Shown here: positions 26,061-37,300 of the stretch, piece after piece | Layout of the letters: the number at the start of each line of letters is the position of its first letter | Position numbering within the stretch: position 1 is the stretch's first letter | NCBI RefSeq assembly: GCF_964355755.1 | Contig: NC_092676.1 | Location: 4,937,888-5,001,887 of the forward strand | DNA: 64,000 nt | Reading direction: 5' to 3' | From: Antedon mediterranea | Lineage: Eukaryota > Animalia > Echinodermata | Translations under genes and position numbers: made by a program | The notes under the pieces: generated by a model | Told to the model about the DNA's origin: nothing | Seen by the model: only the letters and a program-made list of their open reading frames with translations | Databases searched by the model: none

Positions 26061-29000
26061 ACTCTACATACTCCCATAGTAGACCGACCGAAAAGTAAAG
26101 TCAATATGGGAGCAGATGAAAGTGAGCGAAGCCGTCTGGCAGAAGAAGACTACCAGAAGTTATGCGTGTACATGGTTAAAGATAGGACTACTGAACACGC
26201 AAATGGTCAAGATTTATCGATCTCTTCACTCCCTCCAAATCTTGTTTTCAAACATGTTGATACAGAATACGAGGTAGGATTACACTTTATTGATTGTTGC
26301 TAAAGCTTGGTTTACACTAGGGAACACGAAAGGATGAAGTGAAACACAAGTAGTTTGACCAATCACAACGCAATCATCCGAACTGCTCCTTTGTAATTTG
26401 TCAGCCTACTTGCGTTGCGCTTACCGGTACGTCCTTGCTTCGTCGAGTCTATAGGCTAAATAAATGACAACCAATATCATGAAATTAACGCGCGCGTACA
26501 CTAACACCTACGATCATCGTAGTTTGAACGCGCGCGTACACTAACAGCTATGATCATCGTAGTTTGAACGCGCGCGTACGCTAGCAGCTATGATCATCGT
26601 ACGCGCGCGTAATACATAGCTTAATTGACTGCTACACGTGTAAACTATGATGGAATCGTACAAGCGCTTCACAAAAGAAAGTAAAATCAGCAACATCCAA
26701 TACAATAGCGAACGTACGACCAGGGTTGAAAGTGATTGAATCATGCTTGAAAAACTTAGGCCTACGGATTATTTAACAATACGGCTTTAAGTTCATGCAC
26801 TATCAATTATTTATCGGTATAGAAATGGTTACGGTTGTACCAACAACAATAACGAATTGATCTGATTCGACAGTCTGATAAACGAATTGTAATGGTAAAA
26901 GGTCTAGCGAGTTGCTATCCTTGGTTTCCATTTTGAAAGTGTATTCTATACCACACCAAATCAGTACTAGCGCGAGGCTGTCAATGTTTGACAATTCAAC
27001 AGTCACATTATCCAAGTATTACATCCCTTTTCTAAGTATCTAACGCAATCTTAACTTCCTTTATCGTCACTGAATACTATGAGTAGTAGACATATTTTAT
27101 ACGAATAACACAATAATACAAGGCCTTTAAATAAATTCAAAGACAAATTACGGTAGGCCTACGTGGAAAACCATATACAAGTAGCAGTGTTAATGATATG
27201 TTAATAAGCGAAATAAAATTAAAATGTTGTAAATCTTCTGGACTATAGTGGCCTATACAGTTCTACCAATATCTAACCAAGATGTTCGTCTAGTCTATGT
27301 TGTTATTCCACCAGTCAGCGTTTCGATTGTTATGCGATTTCAACTAATCAAGTATAAATAGGCATATGTAACGCCATAATATGTACGTCGCCGTCTAAAA
27401 CATAGACTATATCTAATCCATCTTTCGTTCACAGACAATCGGCGTGTTCAGTAAAGATTATATCCCAATGGGGACACGGTTTGGTCCACTTACCGGTCAG
27501 ATCTACCGACCAGAGGAGGTTCCAAATGATGCCGAGATTGCCTATTTTTGGAGGGTAAGTTTAGTAATGAATAACAATGTACATAGGGCACGTTTTTGTT
27601 CATTCACCACACATAAAAGTATTATGAAGAAAAACCTCAACCGCCGACGACACAGAATAAAATCCTTTAATTGAGCCTTCCAGTATGGGCGCCATAAGCA
27701 GCAAAAGTGTACAAATACGTTTTACAATTACAAAATATGCAATTTACAAATACCAAAATTTTCCGCCATCCCTGTTATACTTTTATGTAGAAAGATAGAA
27801 AATAAAATAAACTAAAACATGCATTTTACAAGTACACATTTTAAAATGTACAAACATTTTTTGCAATTACACACAAATATTTTAATACACATTTGTTGCT
27901 TATTGCGCACCATATTCCAGTGAGTTTCCTCTATTTAAATCGATAAACTTCATAAAATATAAAAACACTTCGTTTCTGTCTAATTGGTGGTTCCAACTAG
28001 AACGCAACGCAAGGAAGTATAAATAAGCGCAATGCAAGCGAATTGATTGAGGACGTGAAGAGTTCGAATAATCCTTCGCTCGTGATTGGTCAAATTACTT
28101 GTGCTTACGTCCTTGCGTTGCGTCCTAGGGAACCAAACAGGCTTAAAGCTTTGTTTTTAATAAATAAAAGTGTAGCGGTATAGTTTAACTGAATATCATA
28201 TTTCACGCGTAAGTCTATATCTTACGCGTACATAATGACATCATACACGTTCAGGGAAGTAAAAGAAATTGCCGAATGCTTTTACATAGATTCACTGCAC
28301 CTATAATTATCTCGAATCTGCAGACAATTTTGTTCTTGTTTTAGTAAACAACCGCCAACGGAAAGATGTGGCATTATGCGTTCTCAGAAGACTTTATTAT
28401 TCAATATTGTGGTTGTTATAATATACTTTGAACAGTTTCCTTATTGGTATCCTATTCCCAGGGTATCATTTCCCGAAAGCCTTACCTGATATTTTCACTT
28501 CTTAAAATTACGTGTACGATCAACCTACTTCCGCTAATTAAAGTATTCAGAAATCAGTGGATTATTCCGACTACTTTTACCCTGTTCCGTTCAATTTGAA
28601 AATACCCTAATCAAACGTATAAACAGCGGCGTAACGGTAATGAGCGCTCACTGGCAAAACCCATAGGCACCGGATCTATGGGCTGAGCAGTGTCCAAAGA
28701 AAAAACAGGCATTAAAATATATTGAAATGGCTAAAAAACACATTAGGCCTCCAGCGTTTGAGGGCAACTTTGGGTTCCTAAGCCTCGGGCCTCTGCGTTA
28801 CGCAAATACGGTAAGGGATAATTCAATACAATTAAATATTCCACCATTATCTTCAGAATGATGTGTTGGCCTAAGCTTAACATTGCTAAAATAGGCATAT
28901 TTTAAATAAAATTCTAAAAATAGCCCAGTCTAAAACTTAAACACGATGAAATTGGTTTTATACTTTTATACAAATTTTAATATTGAGAAAATGTAAATAT

Positions 29001-31518
29001 CTTTGTAATTCAGCTAAGGCTGCGATGATGATATTGAAATAAATGAAATGAAAAAAAAAATAAATAAATGTATAGCTATATCCACGGCCACCGTTTGGAA
29101 CATTTTATTTACTGATGTTTTCTAACAGTTTGTTAGTATGTATGAAAAGAAATACTGTACTGTATTGTTTATATCCGAATACTGTATAAACGTATTATGA
29201 AAATTATTGAGGAATAAAAATTCTCTAAATCTCTCCCAGTTACTTGCCTCTGCCTGTGTCTACATCCATGACCTCCATCGCATTTTTTACCCCAGTGGCG
29301 TAACGGCTCTGAGCGCTCACTTGCTAAAGCCATGGGCCCACAGCTACCGGGGTCCATGAGCATTGGAGGAAAAACAGGAATTAAAATTCAGCGTTGGAGA
29401 GCCACTTGATTCCTAAACCAGAGGCCTCATGCCTCTGCGTTACGCCACTGCATATGCCTCTCTATTTTTACCTGCTGGTTTCCTTACAACATAACCAAGT
29501 CATTTCCATCTCCTTGTTTAGCGGATGATGTCATTATAATGAGGTTTTTGTGAAGCTCTGTTATTTAGTTGCGCCATCTGATCTTCAGAATTGTTCTTCT
29601 TATATCAATTAACTAATTTATGCAAAATCATCTCCTTATTTTTCAGGTATACAACGGAACAACGTTGGTCCATTTTATAGACGGGTTCGATACAGCAAAG
29701 AGTAACTGGATGCGCCACGTCCAGCCAGCTCCAGGCATGACCCACCTGCAGAACGTTGTCGCTTGCCAACATGGAACTGAAATCTTCTTCTACACCACTC
29801 GTTGTATTTTAGAAGGAGAGCAACTTTTCGTCTGGTATTGTCGAGAATTCAGCGAACGATTGAAATGGAAAATTCAGAGCCCTCTGAACTCTAATGGTAG
29901 GCACATTAATACTATTTATATGAGTGTATACGATTGGTTTTTTTCGTATCATCACGTGTCGTGCATTATTTTGAAGGTTTATTGCACGCTCATGTTTTGA
30001 GAAATACATTTACGCGGGAGGCTGGTGAATAATGCGCGACCGAAATCATCTGTGGGGTGCACCCACAGATTGTAGCATCTAAAACTAAAAAACAATCAAG
30101 TGTAGGCATATGTTAAAACTAATATTTAACCTCACTTATTTGTATTCTCTTGAACAGGTAATAACACGAGTTTTGTAGGTAAACCGCTACAAGTTGGAAT
30201 TGGCAAGAACAACGATTTCGTCGAAGCACTTGATCTTCGTAACCATGTTGAACGTCAGCCTAAACGACCGAACTTTGACACGGCAATATACAATCACTTT
30301 AACACTATGAGCCTTACAGATAAATTCACCGGCTTTACGTATGGCCGCGGCGATTTTACGCAACGCAAGTCCTTCACTACACAAAGAACTTCGCGTGTTT
30401 CTTCTCTACCACCGGTTAACATCAAACGCGAACCACTATCACCAATTGCAAAGGCGCGAAGCGTCAGTCCAACGTTTTCCGCAGACTATGTACACCAAAT
30501 GCACTTTAATAGCAGAACGAACTTTACTTCACATCACATCAGACAACCAATACCGTACGTCTTACCACACTTCCCATCTGCTTATATGCAAGAGCAATCA
30601 AAGATGTATTTCAACAAAACGCCAGAAATGAGTAGAAACAATCAAAATCTTTACATAGATATCCCAAAAATGATTCCCACTCCTCCAGAGGTCACTCCAG
30701 TCCATCAGGGTATTTCAAATAACAAAAGTCCAACTGATTTTCCCGCCAGTCCAGATAAAAATCTAAAAAAGAGATCGAAATGTGTAAATCCATTTTATGG
30801 GCACAAGTCGCTACCGTATCCTTTAAGGAAAGAACAGGGCAAGATTGTATACGAATGCAACGTTTGTACAAAAGTGTTTGGCCAACTTTCCAATCTTAAA
30901 GTTCACTTAAGAGTACATAGTGGTGAGCGACCATTCACATGTGATGTTTGCAGAAAGGGTTTTACACAGTATGCTCACCTGCAGAAGCACAATCTTGTCC
31001 ACACCGGGGAAAAGCCATTCACTTGTGATCACTGCGGAAAGAGATTCAGCAGTACAAGTAACTTAAAAACACACATGCGTTTACACAGTGGAGAGAAACC
31101 GTTCAACTGTTCAAAATGCAACTTAAAATTTACACAGAGAGTGCATCTACATCTACACGATCGGCAGCATGAAGGAAATGGCCATAACACCGATGTACAC
31201 CGTAAAAAGTTTATAGACAGTGACTGTACCATATTGGACCAGAGTCCTGATTACAACCCCGTGAGTCAGTTAACAGATTTAGACGATTCAACCAATCTTG
31301 ATGACGCGCAGTCTATCACAGAAAGATATTGCTCAGATTCAAAACAATCAATGTACGCGGAAAAATCACGTGATTCAAGTATCGATAGCTTTACGGATCT
31401 TGAAGGGTCAAATAACTCACCTACCCAAGACATTCACGTAAAAGAGTTTATCATGTTTGAAGAGAAAGAACACGAAGGTCATGCTTTGCCAAAACCTACC
31501 ATTCCAACTGAAACGTAG
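26061..31518 (+). CDS. PRDM1: PR/SET-domain zinc-finger transcription factor Blimp1 (PRDM1 / Blimp1-Krox)
   Basis: Exons 26061-26273, 27435-27554, 29647-29896, 30158-31518 splice in frame. PR domain (SLPPNL...[19 protein letters not shown]...YFWRVY...SNWMRHV...QNVVACQ...LFVWYCREF), the Blimp1 signature [44 protein letters not shown], and four C2H2 fingers with TGEKP-type linkers. Confidence 0.95.
26487..26610. repeat. 40-bp tandem repeat, about 3 copies
   Basis: AACGCGCGCGTACACTAACAGCTATGATCATCGTAGTTTG. Confidence 0.8.
27986..28136. mobile_element. MITE family B copy (another degenerate copy at about 26304-26445)
   Basis: TGGTTCCAACTAGAACGCAACGCAAGG...CCTTGCGTTGCGTCCTAGGGAACCAA. Confidence 0.7.
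29292..29450. mobile_element. CAGTGGCGTAAC-terminal MITE (hAT-like); relatives at 28624-28805 and about 49060-49211
   Basis: TIR CAGTGGCGTAACG / CGTTACGCCACTG and shared internal sequence among three copies. Confidence 0.65.
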
Positions 31519-33181
31519 CTTATTACTTCCCAATTTATCCTTTTTTTTAATAATTAAGATTGTATATATTATGTACAGATTAAGGTATAATGTAAATATT
31601 GAAAACGTTGTTGTAGAGAATATAAAAGTATAATTCCAGAGTATAATTAGACAAGTATTAGAAAATGGTTTGACCAATATTGAAGCATTTGCAAACATTC
31701 TATCTGCAGAAATGTGTACACCGGAGCGACCCTTTAACTCACTGGCAACTACAAGGTGATACCCAATTTTAATGACAACTTGGTATATTTAAACAATAGA
31801 AAACCAACATTGTCATTCTTAAAAAGACCCTCTAAGTTGGTACAAAATAATGGATTACAACAACTTTGTGTGTATTCTTTATAATGAGCACTATTATTGT
31901 TTCTTTCCATTCTTTTACTTCTTGTAGAATTTATCTACTTTTGAGAGAATCGTATCAACTAATAGAATGCATTGATATGTGCATTATCTATGCAGTGTGC
32001 ACTATCTGTTTCTAACTATTGATAGTTTTAAGTGCTTTTTGTAGAATTTTTTTCTTCCTGTAATTTTTGTAATTTGAAAGAAAAAGGAAATTGAATTATT
32101 TATTTGATTTAATTACATTCAAATATTCACACATATCTATACATCTAATGTATATTTAAATTGTACACGCATTGCTTAAACAACACATAACTTAAAAGAA
32201 TGGTTCGATTGTGGTTAGTTCGTCTAGCACTCCCACTTTGTAGAAAGGGTTTCCGCCAATTAAAGACTCTCCCACTTTAAAGTCTACTTTTACGTGACCC
32301 AGATCAACACCAAGTTTTCCTAAAGTAAAATGAGTCTAAACATTGTGGTCTTTAATAGGCAGGCATGTGATTCCTTTCGTAGACTTTCCACTATCTTTTT
32401 TCTTTTTTGTATGCATAAGTATGGCACGGAATGTGTGCCAAAGTATTTGTAATTTAATAAATTCAATTCGCCGTTAAGAACCTACAACCGGTCACTTATT
32501 CGTATTTATAATACCAGCATTAATTTTGAAATAATGAATAAGCCGTCATATTTTCAGTGTTTCCTTATTTCATTCTGTATTTAGTAAGAAATTGTATTTA
32601 TATGTGTTAATGAAGGAAATAAATGTTATTTTGAATGATTTATTGATGAGCTATTTATAAGTTAATAATATTTAATGGTATCGCTTCATTTTCGATGTGT
32701 TTATTTACATCAACACCATGGGGGAATAAGAAAGGAATTAGATTTATGTTATGCTAGGTAATAATGCTTATTGATAATTTCTAAATTAAATAAACCTTTG
32801 TTGGCAAGTAATCAAGATATAAATAAAGGAATGCTGAAGTGAAATTTCGTTTGTTTATTTTAAATGATTTTTTATATCATCTATTTTGGTTTGATTTAAA
32901 ATAAATCAACCGATCGATGACCTGGGCGCATTATTTTTTTTCCTATGATGTTAAGGCAGAAATCATGAATAATTCAATACCTTAATTATTTTCTATTATA
33001 AAGAATTGCAAGACAGCTTATCTACTTCCTAAATTTACTAAACCTAACCCTCTAAATAATCTCTCTCAACTATTAAAAAAAAAGTTGTTCTTGAAAGACC
33101 TCCAGTGTAATGTTAAAGCCTTTAACCCAAATATTTCGGTTGGAAAACGCTGTTTACACAAATTATTTAATCTCTCTGCAT

Positions 33182-33771
33182 CAGAGCCATATATAGAGAG
33201 AGTTACGACTTTGCGTTCACGGATTTTAGAAAGTCACGTGGTGTGCACGCCGGCCATGTTTGTGTCCAACTATGCCTATGTAGCGTATGGAGTCGATTCA
33301 TTTGCTCAAAAAATGTATAACATTCACAAGGCTTTAAATATCGAATTTAATATCAAAACAATCAATTTGTTTAAAGGTTTTTGTTAAGATAATAACGAAA
33401 TCATAAAGTTACAGCGAACATGATTTTAAACAACAAAATGTAAAAACAATGCATTACTAATAGAGAATCACTGTACAAACTAAACGCGCACGCGTAGAGC
33501 GTGCATGGAGCGCACAACCAGAGCCGTTCCGAAATTGCTATTTTTGTTGTTTTAAATCATGTTCGCAGTAACTTTATAATTTTTTTATTATTTTAACAAA
33601 AACCTTTAATCAAATTGATTGTTTTGATATTAAATTCGATAATTAAAGCCTTTTGAACGTTATACATTTTCAAAACAAAAGACTCAACTCCATACGCTAC
33701 ATAGGAATAGTTGGACACAAACACGGCTTCTAATCCATTCAATGCCGTAACTCTCTCTATATATGGCTCTG
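33182..33771. mobile_element. Long-arm palindromic MITE (P/MULE-like) nested in another MITE (32921-33886)
   Basis: Perfect 26-bp TIR CAGAGCCATATATAGAGAGAGTTACG, about 200-bp inverted arms, 9-bp direct repeat TCTCTGCAT on both sides. The host has TIR GGGCGCATTATT...AAGGCAGAAATCATGAATAAT. Confidence 0.85.
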
Positions 33772-34341
33772 TCTCTGCATGCCTATATAGCGCCCTCTAT
33801 AATGTCCCATATTATGTAATTATTCTAAGAAATTATTATTCATGATTTCTGCCTTAATTGCTGAGAAAAAGAATAATGCGCCCTGGGCTATTTGTTAAAA
33901 TAGAGGAAAGCGTGTTTGTTACCTTGAGGTAAAAGGTCGGAGGTCGGGGGTTGGGGGTTGGGATGGTTCTGCATGGAAATGCCTTAGTTCGTACATAAAG
34001 CGTGCAGTCAATTTCTAGCTCAATTGTGCACTAACACTTAGGCCTATACAAAATATGACAAAATCATTCAGGCATGTTATCTTGTGTATCTTTTTTTTTA
34101 AAAAAACCCAGAAAGACACAATAATAATACTAGGTTATTGAGAAACCAAACTAAACATGCGTCTAAAATACAATCTAAAAAATTCTTACAAAACGAAGTA
34201 TAAAACTATTATAGTTAAAAATATCTCAAACAGCGCCTCCTATAGAATGTGTGCGTATTAATATAATCATCTTGCGTAATCGAATTGTCGAGTTATACTG
34301 ATCGCACAAACCAATATGACCTAGAGCATGTATACATTATT

Positions 34342-37300
34342 AGTTATCCGCTTGGTATACCAAGCGGATAACTCCTTGTTATTGTATGAGATCAACAGTT
34401 TTTTTCTGTATTATTAGTTATCCGCTTAGTAGCGGATAACTCCTTGTAATCGTCCTGTTTCATCATATTTTTTTTTTTTTTGGTTATCCGCACTTGGCGG
34501 ATAACCTCTTGTTATTGTCAGGATCTTTTTTTTTTTTTTTTTGGTTATCCGCACTTGGCGGATAACCCCTTGTTATTGTCAGGATCTTTTTTTTATTTTT
34601 CTTTTTCTCTTTTTTTTTCTATTTTCTTCTTTCTTTCCACAAATTTTGTTGCTAGTGTATCTCTAAATCTTCTTAACATAACATTGTATAACTTTATCAG
34701 AAGATTGACCTCTATCTGAAGATGTCGTAATAAGGTTTTCAGTCGTGTCCGAGTTGCGCAGCGTAAGTTACGCGCGATTTTATGAATTTCAATGATTGAT
34801 CATAGAATAAAACCTAAAAGTTTGTTTGTATTGAAACTTGGTGAAAATTTAAGTCATATAATGCGCAAACTTTCTATGGATTAAAAATTGCATGCTTCAC
34901 AAAAAGTTACGCGCGCACGCGCGTTTGAAATTTCAAAATGCGAAAAATCAATTTCTAATCAACTTTCTACGCGTTTCATGTCATTTTGAGCATTTCAAAA
35001 ATTCCAACGCGTGCGCAATTTTTTTACGCGCGCGTGCGCACGTAGCGCAAAAACATCATTTTTTTGCTTGATTTTTGTTTTTCCTGTCTTTTTTAGTAAA
35101 TTTACCAACTTTCAAACAATTTCAACTTAAAATCACGTCATACGAGCACGTAGAATTAAACAATTTACGCGCATTTTTTATGAAAAAGTTCAAAAATTTG
35201 TCAAAATTATGCCTTTTTTTAAACAGTCATAGATTCTAAACTACGTGGTGAACTTTTTTAAAATTACATATTCTGAATGTAGATGAGTTGTAGATATCGA
35301 ATCATGCATCGATTTGGCTAACCGGACATTGTGACGTCATCGTATGGCCACACGAATATCAAAGATAGGATTTTTGTCTCTTTCGTCATTGCTCATCACA
35401 TTTAATAGAGCGCATCTCCACTTATCCGTATTCCATTTTCCCCCATTTTTATATATTGTCTAGGTCAATCAATTATCTTTCGATTGATTTACCATTTTTA
35501 AAATTGTTATGACGTCATCATGTCCAAAAGCGTCAATAACTTTGGTCACTTATTTTCACCTATTCTACACTGTATGTAGTACGTATACAGTATAATAGTG
35601 TATACCGTATATACTTAAACGTGACACAAAATAGAGGGCGCACTAACATTTTTTTCAGTGGCATAATCGTTTTTCTGCACGCAATATTCTAACGTATGAC
35701 GTGCACGTGGCTTTTGCGCTGCGGATAACCTAACTCGTCCGTAGTGACGAGTTCAAATCTAGTTTTTTTTTTTTTTTTTTCTTTCTTATTCTTCTTTCTT
35801 TCCCAGAATTTTGTTGCGCGTATATCTCTAAATCTTCTCAACATAACATTTTGTAACTTTATCAGAAGATTGATCTCTATCTGAATATGTCGTAATAAGG
35901 TTTTCGGTACCGTTTGAGTTGCGCAGCGTAAGTTACGCGCGATTTTATGAATTTCGCGTATTTAATTTAGATCGAAAACTATTAAACCATTTAAATTGAA
36001 ACTTGGCAAAAGTTTAATTTATATCATGCGCTAACTTTCTATGGAGAGAAAATGGCATGTTTCACAGAAAGTTACGCGCGCACGCGCGTTTAAAATTTCA
36101 AAATGGGAAAAATCAATTTCTAATCAACTTTCTACGCGTTTCATGTCATTTTGAGCATTTCAAAAATTCCCACGCGTGCGCAATTTTTTTACGCGCACGT
36201 GCGCACGTAGCGCAAAAACATCATTTTTTTGCTTGATTTTTGTTTTTACTGTCTTTTTTAGAAAATTTACCAACTTTCAAACAATTTCGACTTAAAATCA
36301 CGTCATACGAGCACGTAGAATTAAACAATTTACGCGCATTTTTGATGAAAAAGTTCAAAAATTTGTCAAAATTATGCCTTTTTTTAAACAATCATAGATT
36401 CTAAACTACGTAGTGAACTTTTTTATAATTACATATTCTGTTAGTAGATTAGTTGCAGATATCAAATCATGCATCAATATGGCTAACCGGACATTGTGAC
36501 GTCATCGTATGACCACTCGAATATAAAATAAATGATTTTTGTCTCTTTCCTCGTAGCTTGTCACATTTAATATAGCGCATCTCCACTTATTTGTATTCCA
36601 TTTCCCCCCATTTTTTTATGTTGTCTAGCTCTATCAATTATCTTTCGGACGATTCACCATTTTCAAAATTGTGATGACGTCATCATGTTCAAAAGCGTCA
36701 ATAACTTTGGTCACTTATTTTCACCTATTCTGCACTGTATGTAGTACGTATACAGTATATAGTGTATACCGTATATACTCAGACGTGACGAAAAATAGAG
36801 AGCGCACTGAAATTGTTTCAATGACTTAATCGTTTTTCTGCGCGCAATATTTTAACGTATGACGTGCGCGTGGCCTTTGCGCTGCGGATAACCTAACTCG
36901 TCCGTAGTGACGAGTTCAAATCTAGTTCTGTATTATACTTCTTTCCTTCTGTCATTTTTGTGCGTCGCGTTTCTCTAAAACGTGTAAACAGAACATATCG
37001 TAACTTTGTCAACATATCGACATTTACGTGAACTTGTGCACCTCCTATTTTTGAATGACGTCAGAGTTGCGCAACGTGACTTACGCGCGATTTTATGAAT
37101 TTCAATGATTGATCATAGACTAAAAACCAAACATAATTTTGTTTTGACACTTTGTGAAAATTTAAGTCACATCAAGCGCAAACTTTCTATGGATTAAAAA
37201 TAGCATGTTTCACAAAAAGTTACGCGCGCACGCGCGTTTAAAATTTTAGAGTGCGAAAACTCAACTTCTAATCAACTTTCTATGCGTTTCATGTCATTTT

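Noticed and set aside
32435-32442. miR-96-type 8-mer seed match GTGCCAAA in the putative Blimp1 3' UTR
   Set aside because: A single 8-mer with no conservation data and an unknown UTR end cannot be told from chance.
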